Below, in pieces: positions 17,101 to 26,006 of a stretch of DNA of 64,000 bases (the first letter of the stretch is position 1; every line of letters starts with the position of its first letter). The translations under genes and the position numbers were made by a program. Below the pieces are notes generated by a model that worked only from the letters and a program-made list of their open reading frames with translations, had not been told where the DNA came from and made no database searches. Source of the stretch: an uncultured Anaerolineales bacterium. GTDB lineage: Bacteria > Chloroflexota > Anaerolineae > B4-G1. The stretch lies in contig CAZIWL010000001.1 of NCBI GenBank assembly GCA_964542755.1, positions 48,234 to 112,233 on the forward strand. The letters are read 5' to 3'.

Positions 17101-19639
17101 GACCGCAGGCGACCGGCTGCAAGGAGTGGACGGCTTGCTCGCGCTGGCGTATCTCGGGGTCGCGGCGGCGACCACCTGGCCCCTCGTCCGCCACCTGACG
17201 AACGCTCTCCCAGGGCGCACATTGGACGCCCACATCCACTACTGGAATGGCTGGTGGGTTGGGGAGGCGCTGCGCCAGGCACAGACCCCTTTCTTCACTC
17301 GCAACCTGTTCTTCCCCCGGGGTGTATCCCTGGTCTTTCACAACTTCGCCTGGATACACATCCTGGAGTGGCTCGGGCTGCGAACGATGGTTGGGGGCAT
17401 CACGGCCTACAACTTGGCCTTCCTCCTTAACCTGGCGCTCTGCGGCTGGGCCGCTTTCCTCCTCGTACGCCATCTCACCCACGACAGACGGGCGGCTTTC
17501 CTGGGAGGGCTGATCTACCAGTGCTGGCCCTATCGCATGGCCCAGCTCGACCATCCGAATCTGATCAGCACGTATGCCATACCCCTGTTCTTGTACTTCC
17601 TCCTGCGCACGCTTCGCGAACAGGAATGGCAGGCAGGTCTCCTGACCGGCTTCTTCTTCGCCCTGACCGGTTACACTCGATGGCAGCTTCTGATCCCAGC
17701 ATCCATCATTGGGACGTTCATCCTCCTGTTCACCGTCCCGCATGTCTGGGCCTGCCGCCGTGATTGGTTGCGTCCCATGCTCCTTGGTGCTGGGGTGACG
17801 TTGCTAGCCCTGACACCTCCGGCGCTGCTCTTCGGCACGGAGTGGCGGACCACCTCGACGGAGCTCGTGAAGGAGGTGGATGAAGCGGCACTCCAGACCG
17901 ATGTGATGGCATATCTGACGCCGGGTGCAGATCATCCGGTCTTCGGGGCTGTGACCGGGCCTGCGTACGAGCGTTACTATGGAGACCGCAGTGGAGGTCG
18001 GCGGTTTCCGGCATACTTGGGCCTTACGGCCATAGTGCTAGCGGCCCTGGGTGCTCTGCGGAGGCCGCGGGAGGCCCTTCCCTGGTTGCTTGCGGCGGCC
18101 CTGATGGTTGCGCTGGCTCTCGGACTCAATCTGCGCGTCAACGGGCGACTATACCCGGCACTCCCAATGCCCTATCGCCTGTTCAAAGAAGCTTTCATCG
18201 TACGTCTTGTACGCTTCCCGGATCGATTCAGCCTTTTCACGGCTCTGCCGATGGCCGTATTGGCCTCATACGGAGCCTCATATGCCATGGGTGTCTTCCA
18301 CCGCCGGACCGGGAGGTCGCCGCTGGTCGTTGCCGCCCTGGTCACGCTTTTGGTTTTCGGCGAGTTCTTGGCAATCCCTGTCCCGCTGCAAGAGTCTCGA
18401 GGGTCTCCAATCCACGCACTGCTCGCCGCTGACGTGGATGACTTCGGCATCTTGAACGTGCCCGTCGATGCGCAGACGTGCAAGCGATACATGTTCGAGC
18501 AGACGCTTCATCAGCGCCCGATCCTCCAGGGGCACGTATCCCGTCTGCCGCTGGACGCGTACGACTATCTCGATGGACAACCGCTGTTGAAGAAGCTGCG
18601 TCAGTTCGATGAGCTGGATCCTCGGCTCACGGACGTCAGCGGGCAGTTGCACTCCCTGGCCAGGGACGACGTGAATTACCTCGTTCTCCATAAGCGAGAC
18701 GTCGGGGCCGGCCGTCTGGCCCGTTGGCGACGCTATCTCCTATCAAGGCCCCGATACGAGGACGACGACATCGCTGTCTTCTCGACCTCCCCTGTCGGCG
18801 GCGAGGATTTCGAGCTGATGGAAGAGCTGGCGACCGGACTTGGGCCAGTTCGGATCGAAGGTGCAGAGGCGTGCGCGAACCCGGGTGACAGCCTGCCGAT
18901 CAATGTGGGTTGGGGGACCGCGGAGTCGCCCGGTCAGGACCTGGTTCTGCAATTGGCACTGCTTTCTCACGATGGCGAGGTGGCGCAGGCGTCTGAACAC
19001 CAGGTATCCTCTGGCTGGTCAACGAGTGATTGGCCTGCCCACACTCTAGTCTGGGGATATTACGTTGTGCCCCTGGATGTCTCGCTACCACTGGATTCCT
19101 ACCGAATGCGGCTCGGTCTAATTGACGGGCAAACCGGAGCGATGTCCGGTCCCTCAATGACCGTCGGCACGGTGAGAATCACGGAGTCCCAGTGCTCTGG
19201 CTCGATCCCGGCGGGGGCGATGCCGGTGAACGCTCTGTTTGACGACGCCCTGCGTCTGCTGGGTTACAGGATCCATCGAGAGGAGGGGCAGTTGCGGCTC
19301 ACACTGCACTGGCGCTCCCAGCGGACGATGGACGTGGACTACAAGGTCTTTGTTCACGTCTTCGATCTCACCTCCGGTCAGCCGGTGGCTCAGGACGACG
19401 CCATGCCCCGGCGGTGGCGGTTACCCACCACGCTGTGGTATCCTGGACAACGTGTGGAGGATGAGATCCCTATCGATATGCAGGGCGTCGTCCCCGGAAC
19501 GTACGGCGTCGCCGTGGGGGTGTATGACCCGGATACTACGGAGCGGCTGACGGTCGTGAATGCCGGGAGCGGCTTTGCTCAAGACGGGCGACTGATCCTG
19601 TCTGGAGAGACCGTCAGGGTTGTCGAGGAGGACAGATGA
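17087..19639 (+). CDS. large polytopic membrane protein, a distinct GT-C-like family (PTPS-related or YfhO-like), with two copies of the shared C-terminal domain
   Basis: Overlaps the upstream gene by 14 nt, has more than 10 predicted TM helices, and carries the recurring ..VFVHV.D...G..VAQDD.. domain twice at its C-terminus. Confidence 0.7.
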   Translation: MGTGETAGDRLQGVDGLLALAYLGVAAATTWPLVRHLTNALPGRTLDAHIHYWNGWWVGEALRQAQTPFFTRNLFFPRGVSLVFHNFAWIHILEWLGLRTMVGGITAYNLAFLLNLALCGWAAFLLVRHLTHDRRAAFLGGLIYQCWPYRMAQLDHPNLISTYAIPLFLYFLLRTLREQEWQAGLLTGFFFALTGYTRWQLLIPASIIGTFILLFTVPHVWACRRDWLRPMLLGAGVTLLALTPPALLFGTEWRTTSTELVKEVDEAALQTDVMAYLTPGADHPVFGAVTGPAYERYYGDRSGGRRFPAYLGLTAIVLAALGALRRPREALPWLLAAALMVALALGLNLRVNGRLYPALPMPYRLFKEAFIVRLVRFPDRFSLFTALPMAVLASYGASYAMGVFHRRTGRSPLVVAALVTLLVFGEFLAIPVPLQESRGSPIHALLAADVDDFGILNVPVDAQTCKRYMFEQTLHQRPILQGHVSRLPLDAYDYLDGQPLLKKLRQFDELDPRLTDVSGQLHSLARDDVNYLVLHKRDVGAGRLARWRRYLLSRPRYEDDDIAVFSTSPVGGEDFELMEELATGLGPVRIEGAEACANPGDSLPINVGWGTAESPGQDLVLQLALLSHDGEVAQASEHQVSSGWSTSDWPAHTLVWGYYVVPLDVSLPLDSYRMRLGLIDGQTGAMSGPSMTVGTVRITESQCSGSIPAGAMPVNALFDDALRLLGYRIHREEGQLRLTLHWRSQRTMDVDYKVFVHVFDLTSGQPVAQDDAMPRRWRLPTTLWYPGQRVEDEIPIDMQGVVPGTYGVAVGVYDPDTTERLTVVNAGSGFAQDGRLILSGETVRVVEEDR

Positions 19640-21627
19640 GCCGAGGAGGGACGTGGGCACTCCTCACCTTGATTCTGCTACTAGCGGCCGTGCTCCGCTG
19701 TTGGAGTCTCGGGGACGTGCCTCCGGGGCTGAGCCACGACGAAGTGGCCAATGGCTTGATCGCTCGCCAGATCCTGGGCGGCCATCACGCCATCTATTTC
19801 ACCCGGGCTTATGGACACGAGCCGCTGTATCAGTACGTCCAGGCAGGAACGGTGGCACTCTTCGGGGAGCATTGGCTCGGGCTGCGCTGGCCCTCCTTCG
19901 CCTTTAGCCTCCTGGGCCTGGCTTCCGTCTATTCGCTGATGAGGCGCTTGTTCAGCCGTGCCGTCGCGCTGATGACCATCTCTGGCCTGACCATCGGGTT
20001 CTGGCCTTTGTTCTACGCCCGGGTCGGTATCCGGGCCATCAGCCTGCCGTTTATCGGTGCCCTGGCTGCCTATTGCCTGGTTCGCACGTTGGATCGGGAA
20101 TCCGACACCTCTGTCCTCGGCATCCCTTGTCACGTCCTGGGAGGGCTCCTCCTGGGGTTGAGTCTCTACACGTACATGGCTGCGCGCGTGCTGCCCTTCG
20201 TCCTGGCAGCCTTTGTCCTCCACCGGGCCTTGATCTCCCGGGAGAGAGACCTCCCCTGGGTTCGAGTGCTCGTCCTCTTTCTGGCAGCAGCTCTGATTGC
20301 CTCGCCGCTTCTGGTGTGGCTGGCCCGTCATCCCGGCGCTGAGTACCGGATTGCCGAGGTCCGTCGGCCGCTGGACCAACTGCTGACCGGGGACCCCTCC
20401 CTGGTCTGGCACAATCTAGTTGCCAACTTCGGCTTTTTCGCGATCACCGGGGATCCTTGGCCGCACCAGGGCATCCCCGGACGACCGGTCTTCGCAGAGC
20501 CCGTGGGGGCGGCGCTCTTCTACATGGGGCTGGGTATCGCCATCTGGCGCTGGCGCACGCCGCGGTTCGGCTTCCTCCTCATCTTCCTGGTGGGTGGACT
20601 CCTGCCCAGCATTCTGAGCGCCCACGCGCCTCCCGGCCTTGTCTCCGACGCGCCCAGCTCGGTGCGGAATGTGCTGGCCCAGGTGGTCGTCTTCGTCTTC
20701 CCGGCGTTGGCACTCACTGAGAGCTGGCGGTGGCTTCGGAGACGGCTGGACAAGCAAGGGGCGGTGCTCTCCAGAGCGCATCGCGTGGCGGTGGTCGCGG
20801 CGTTGCTGCTGCCATCTCTGTTGCTAACCGTGGGTGACTACTACGTCCGGTGGCCGCGCCGCGAGGATGTCCAGTACTTCTACCAGGCTGACCTGACGGC
20901 TGTGGGCCACCATCTGGACGCCCTCGGTCACCACAGTGCCGTCACTGTTGGGGGACTCTCTGTCGACTCGATGGATCGACCGACGCTGGCCTTCACCGCT
21001 CGGGCGAGTGTGCAGGACGTACGACTCTGCGATGTCCGCGAGACGCTCGTGATCCCTGTTGGCCTGGGGGCGCACGTGCTAGTGCCCCACGTTGTCCCGT
21101 TTGGCGAGGGACAGCCCTTGCGTGACCGGCTGGCTTCGTGGTCCACGGTTCAGGTCGCTGACCGTTTCGACGCCTATGGGCTGGGGGACAGAGAGGTATT
21201 GGATCGCCACATTGGGGGCCTGGATCAGGGTGCGCACCTACCCGATGGCACGCCGGTGGCGCTGCCTGCCTTCTTCTCCAACCGACTTGCCCTGGTTGGA
21301 TATGAGCGAGTACCCCAGCTCGAGAGTGGCTCCGTCGGCCTGTTGACGTACTGGCGCGTCGAGGACCCCCCTTATGGTCAACTGAAGGCCTTCGTCCACC
21401 TGGTGAGAGAGGGGCAGCTGGTCGCACAGGATGACGGACTGGCCAGCCCGGCGGAGGGTTGGTCTAGTGGTGACCTTGTTGTTCAGCACCACGTGCTGAC
21501 GGCGCCGTCGGGTACGCCGCCCGGCCTTTACGCCCTGGAACTGGGATTGTATAATCCCTCGACCCTGGAGCGGCTTACCATCGCAGGTCATGATCGGGTG
21601 CTCTTGAATCCGGTGACCCTCCCATGA
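19636..21627 (+). CDS. GT-C glycosyltransferase, PMT_2/ArnT-like, paralog 5
   Basis: ATGA start/stop overlap, DVPPGLSHDEVANG and GHEPLYQY motifs, with the shared C-terminal domain. Confidence 0.8.
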   Translation: MSRGGTWALLTLILLLAAVLRCWSLGDVPPGLSHDEVANGLIARQILGGHHAIYFTRAYGHEPLYQYVQAGTVALFGEHWLGLRWPSFAFSLLGLASVYSLMRRLFSRAVALMTISGLTIGFWPLFYARVGIRAISLPFIGALAAYCLVRTLDRESDTSVLGIPCHVLGGLLLGLSLYTYMAARVLPFVLAAFVLHRALISRERDLPWVRVLVLFLAAALIASPLLVWLARHPGAEYRIAEVRRPLDQLLTGDPSLVWHNLVANFGFFAITGDPWPHQGIPGRPVFAEPVGAALFYMGLGIAIWRWRTPRFGFLLIFLVGGLLPSILSAHAPPGLVSDAPSSVRNVLAQVVVFVFPALALTESWRWLRRRLDKQGAVLSRAHRVAVVAALLLPSLLLTVGDYYVRWPRREDVQYFYQADLTAVGHHLDALGHHSAVTVGGLSVDSMDRPTLAFTARASVQDVRLCDVRETLVIPVGLGAHVLVPHVVPFGEGQPLRDRLASWSTVQVADRFDAYGLGDREVLDRHIGGLDQGAHLPDGTPVALPAFFSNRLALVGYERVPQLESGSVGLLTYWRVEDPPYGQLKAFVHLVREGQLVAQDDGLASPAEGWSSGDLVVQHHVLTAPSGTPPGLYALELGLYNPSTLERLTIAGHDRVLLNPVTLP

Positions 21628-21928
21628 GTGCAGGCGAGATTTCTCCCCGGGATGATATCCTTTCCGTGCTTCGGTATCCAGAGGTGTGCGCGACCAGAGT
21701 ATGGTGTGCGCGAGGGTGGAAGACCACGGATTCCTTTGAGGCCGTGAGTCGCCGGTCTCCGCGCTGCCGACGTAGAGGCTTTGAGCTCAATCGAGGGAGC
21801 GATGAGTCGTGGATCGATGATTGCGCTGTGGGAACCGCCGGCAAGGGGCGTCACAGAGAGGCTGCCTCCTATCCAAATGCCGGAACCCAGGTCGACGCAG
21901 GACGGCTGTCCCGGCACGGGGGCATATC

Positions 21929-23602
21929 GTGAGCCTTGAGAGATCGGAGAGAGAGCGAAGCAGCGGAATCCGCGTTGCGCAGCGCTTCGCACCCCGCTGG
22001 GCCGTGGTGGCGCTGCTGCTCCTCTCGTGGGGTTTGGGGTTAACCAGTCTGGTCCAGAAGTCGGCGACGATGGACGAGCAGAACCACATTGCCCGCGGCG
22101 CTGCCTACCTGGGCACTGGCGATCCCCGGCTCAGCGTCGAGCACCCACCCTTGGTCAATGTGCTCAGTGCCCTCCCTGCCCACCTGCTCCTCGATCTCCA
22201 TCTTCCTCTCGACCAGTGGTGGGAGGCTGGCGAATGGTATCACTTCGCCGACAACTTCCTTTGGCAGGCGAACCAGCGTGCCGATCTCATTGTCTTCCTG
22301 GCTCGCCTGCCCGTCATGGGCTTGGGACTGTTGTTGGTCTCCCTCATCTTCCGTTGGGGGCGAGATCTGTTCGGCCCCTGGGGAGGCACGCTTGCTGCCG
22401 CCTTCTGCGCCCTGGATCCCAACATCCTCGCTCACCAGCGGCTGTCGACAACGGACCTCGGGGGGACGTTCTTTGCCGTACTGGCTGCCTACGCCTTCTG
22501 GTGCCTCTCCCGTCGTCTAACGCCGGGTCGGCTGGTGGTCGCCGGTCTGGCACTCGGCCTTGCCTTCGCGGCCAAACTCTCAGCGCTCATCTTCGGGCCT
22601 ATCCTCGCCCTGTCCTTCCTGCTGGCGGGCCTCGCCGAGCGAGAGGAGCGTGTCCGGCGCCTTTCGGGCCGCGCGGCGATGGCTGCCGTGGCAGTCGTCT
22701 TCTCACTTTTCGTGGTCTGGGCCAGCTACCTCTTCCGGCTGGAGCCAGTTGAGGGACTCCGATGGCCCGTGCCAGCCCCCCCATACATCCGGGGCATACG
22801 GGCCGTACTCAATCTGGCGGGTGGAGGACGCCCCGGTTATCTGCTGGGCGAGACCAGCACAGAGGGCTGGTGGTACTATTTCCCGGTCGCCCTGGCCGTC
22901 AAAACGCCGCTGCCAACCCTACTGGGCTTGATTCTGGCTACGGTCGCGCTGGCACGCCGACCTAGATCGGGGGATGTGTTTGTTGCCGTCCCGCCGCTGT
23001 TGTTTTTCGCAGCCCTTACCACGGCGCGGCTCAACCTTGGTTACCGTCACCTGCTGCCTGTGCTTCCGTTTTTCGCGCTGCACATCGGGCGCCTGGCCGA
23101 ACCCTCGGTCTGCTGGTTCAGGCGACGCGACCCGGCTCGACTCGCCGCTCTCCTGCTCACCGCCTGGCTCGGCGTCGGAACGCTTGTGCTGTACCCTCAT
23201 TTCCTGGCTTTCTTCAACACCATCGGTGGTGGGCCGGAGAATGGCTGGCAGGTCTTGGTCGACTCAAACATTGATTGGGGGCAGGATCTGATCGGCCTCC
23301 GGCGGTGGATGGAGCAAGAAGGCGTCGATTGCGTCCGGCTCGGCTGGTTCGGGAGCGCCCCCCCGGAAGCGTACGGCGTCCGTCACGAGCTCCTGCCGGG
23401 GTTGCCCCACGGCTATGAGCTGTGGCGCGACCCACCGGTCGACCTTGACCAGCCCGAGCCTGGTGTATACGCTATCAGCGTCACCAATCTGGTGGGCGCC
23501 GTGCTTCCAGATCCCGCGCTCTATAGTTGGTTCTTGGGATGTGAGCCTGATGCTCGGATTGGCTATTCTATCTTCATCTACCGGGTGGAAGAAGGACGAT
23601 GA
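21929..23602 (+). CDS. GT-C glycosyltransferase, PMT_2-like, paralog 6 (short form without the shared C-terminal domain)
   Basis: EHPPLVNVL motif. A TM segment precedes the first ATG, so a GTG at 21929 (GGGGG RBS 6 nt upstream) is proposed. The start is uncertain. Confidence 0.6.
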   Translation: MSLERSERERSSGIRVAQRFAPRWAVVALLLLSWGLGLTSLVQKSATMDEQNHIARGAAYLGTGDPRLSVEHPPLVNVLSALPAHLLLDLHLPLDQWWEAGEWYHFADNFLWQANQRADLIVFLARLPVMGLGLLLVSLIFRWGRDLFGPWGGTLAAAFCALDPNILAHQRLSTTDLGGTFFAVLAAYAFWCLSRRLTPGRLVVAGLALGLAFAAKLSALIFGPILALSFLLAGLAEREERVRRLSGRAAMAAVAVVFSLFVVWASYLFRLEPVEGLRWPVPAPPYIRGIRAVLNLAGGGRPGYLLGETSTEGWWYYFPVALAVKTPLPTLLGLILATVALARRPRSGDVFVAVPPLLFFAALTTARLNLGYRHLLPVLPFFALHIGRLAEPSVCWFRRRDPARLAALLLTAWLGVGTLVLYPHFLAFFNTIGGGPENGWQVLVDSNIDWGQDLIGLRRWMEQEGVDCVRLGWFGSAPPEAYGVRHELLPGLPHGYELWRDPPVDLDQPEPGVYAISVTNLVGAVLPDPALYSWFLGCEPDARIGYSIFIYRVEEGR

Positions 23603-25659
23603 CGCTGTGGACGGATGCTGGAAGCGACGCCCGTCGGCGAGCTGAGCTCTGGCTGATGGTCGGTATCCTCCTCGTCGGCACCTTCTTTCGCTTCCTCTCT
23701 CCGACCACTGTGCCACCGGGCCCCTCGCATGATGAGCTGAGAATGATGCAGTTGGGTGAGCTAATCGTCGACGGCGAGCGTCCCCTCCACTGGAAAATCA
23801 GCTATAGTGCCGAGCCTCTGTACATGTACTTCCTCGCCTTCGCGATGAGGATCTGGGGTTTCACCCCGTTCGCCGCCCGCCTGGTAACCCGCTTCGCGGG
23901 ACTTCTCCTTGTGGCCGGAACCCATCACTTGATCAGACGGCTCTTCGGACGGCCGACAGCGCTTCTCACAAGCGGGGTCATGGCTATTAGCTGGTGGCCT
24001 CTCTTCTTCAGTCGGGTGGCCCTACGGGGTCTCACACTCCCTTTGTTCTTCACCGCGGCTGTCTTCTGCCTGTGGGTGGGCTTGGACCTGGGGCGACGCA
24101 CGCGGGGACACCGGAGTGCGCATCTGCGTTGGGGCTGGCTCGTCACGGGTGCAGCCCTGGTCGGGCTCACTTGGTACACGTTCACGGGGGCTCGCAGCAC
24201 CAGCCTCCTCCTGCCCATCCTGCTCCTCTATCTTGGGGCACTTGGGATTCTGCCCCAGCATCAGCTGTGGCGGGTTACTGTGGTGACGCTGGTCGTTGCG
24301 GGACTGGTAATCGCCCCTTTTGTCTATGAAGTGACAGTTCACCCGGGAACTGCTGAGACCCGCCTGGATCAGCTTGGCGGAATCATTGAGGCCCTAAAAT
24401 CTGGCAATCCTCTTCCATTCGCCAGAGAGGTGGCGAATACCCTGGGCGTGTTTGTGCTGACGGGCGATCCCAACTGGCGGTACAATCTGTCGGGGCGTCC
24501 GCCATTCGGTCCCGGTCTCGGTTTTCTCGCCTCGCTAGGTTTCGTGGTCAGTCTCTTCCGATGGCGGCAACCGCGTTTCTTCCTGCTCGTGGTCTGGACT
24601 CTGTTAGGGCTCTCTCCGGCCATGCTCACCCCCGAGGCTCCTAGTTTCGTTCGAGGGATAGGCGCGCTGCCGGCGATTGTCGTTTTCCCAGCCGTGGGGG
24701 CGATCGCGCTCTGGGATTGGTCCGTGTCTGGAATCGGGTGGAGAGTGCGTCGCCTCGCGATCCTGGTCGTTGTCCTTCTCCTCGCTCTCAACGGACTCGA
24801 CGTGTTCCGCGACTACTTCCTGACCTGGCGCACCCAGCCCCAGGTCCACGAGATCTACCAGACCGCGCTGACCGAGGCATTTCGAGATCTGAGTCACAGC
24901 CATCTGACGGGGGAGATATGGGTCTCTGAGCCCTTCCCCGACGATCGGCACCTGCTGCTGGCTGATCGGATGCTCCGTCGCGAGGAGATCGACCTGCGCT
25001 GGTTCGACGCAGAGCGAGGGCTCATTCTCCCGCCCGCGGAGGGTTCCCGACGCTATCTTATCCCTGGTTTCGTCGAGCCCGATGGAGCACTCTTCAGCCG
25101 GTGGATGGGGGAGACCGTCACGCTACTGCGGGGAGACCCACCCCCTGGGGCTCCCTCCTACCATCTCTATCAGGTCACGGGCGGGCCAAGGATAGAACGC
25201 GAACTGTCGGACATCGCGGTGCAATCCACGGCATCGCTCGATCTACAGGGAGATAGACCGCTGTCCCTGCCCATTCATTTCAGTGAGAGGGCGCATCTGA
25301 TGGGCTACGAGCTCGACGACGCGGTCGTCAACGTCGGGGGCGAGGTGCGGCTGGTTGTCTACTGGCGGGTCGCCGGTCCCGTGTATGAACCCCTGGCGAG
25401 CTTTGCCCATCTGATTGATAGCCAGAACGGCGTGGTTGGACAGTATGACGGCTTTGATGTCCCGCCCTGGCACTGGAAACCTGAAGCCATTGTCGCCCAG
25501 ATCTATCGCTTCCGCGTCGGGGAGGCAGCACAACCCGGTGAGCACTGGCTTGAGGTAGGGCTGTATCGCGCGGACACGATGGAGCGGGTGCCAGTGGTAG
25601 ACGACGCCGGCACCTCGCTGGGAGACCGTGTCGTGCTGCCTAGCGTGATGGTGAAATAG
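23599..25659 (+). CDS. GT-C glycosyltransferase, PMT_2/ArnT-like, paralog 7
   Basis: ATGA overlap with the upstream gene, TVPPGPSHDE and AEPLYMY motifs, with the shared C-terminal domain. Confidence 0.8.
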   Translation: MTLWTDAGSDARRRAELWLMVGILLVGTFFRFLSPTTVPPGPSHDELRMMQLGELIVDGERPLHWKISYSAEPLYMYFLAFAMRIWGFTPFAARLVTRFAGLLLVAGTHHLIRRLFGRPTALLTSGVMAISWWPLFFSRVALRGLTLPLFFTAAVFCLWVGLDLGRRTRGHRSAHLRWGWLVTGAALVGLTWYTFTGARSTSLLLPILLLYLGALGILPQHQLWRVTVVTLVVAGLVIAPFVYEVTVHPGTAETRLDQLGGIIEALKSGNPLPFAREVANTLGVFVLTGDPNWRYNLSGRPPFGPGLGFLASLGFVVSLFRWRQPRFFLLVVWTLLGLSPAMLTPEAPSFVRGIGALPAIVVFPAVGAIALWDWSVSGIGWRVRRLAILVVVLLLALNGLDVFRDYFLTWRTQPQVHEIYQTALTEAFRDLSHSHLTGEIWVSEPFPDDRHLLLADRMLRREEIDLRWFDAERGLILPPAEGSRRYLIPGFVEPDGALFSRWMGETVTLLRGDPPPGAPSYHLYQVTGGPRIERELSDIAVQSTASLDLQGDRPLSLPIHFSERAHLMGYELDDAVVNVGGEVRLVVYWRVAGPVYEPLASFAHLIDSQNGVVGQYDGFDVPPWHWKPEAIVAQIYRFRVGEAAQPGEHWLEVGLYRADTMERVPVVDDAGTSLGDRVVLPSVMVK

Positions 25660-25875
25660 GGCTACCGACACAACCACCTCGCCTCCCCCGCGCCTCCGAG
25701 CCTTGTTGTCGCTGGACGAGGACTTGTCGACCTTCAGGCGGAACCCCGAAAAAGTCAGAGAAAGAATGGGTCTGAAGCTCAGCAGCGGCACGCCACGGTT
25801 GTCGAACGCCGATCCGTACCCCTATTCGTGAGGCGTCGGCGAGCACGATGAAGCTGTGCCCGAATTCCTCGCACG

Positions 25876-25904
25876 TTGACAGGAGGCATGGTCCGTAGTA
25901 GAAT
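25876..25904 (+). promoter_or_regulatory. sigma70-like promoter TTGACA-17-TAGAAT
   Basis: Lies about 100 nt upstream of the DUF11/Fn3 protein gene. Confidence 0.45.
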
Positions 25905-26006
25905 CTCCGCGTTGAGCATACTGCCCAAGTTGGAGTGGCGTCGCGAAGAACGGCATCACATCGAAACCGCGCAGCGCCCCCGACACAGTCAAGGAGCTGA
26001 AATCAA

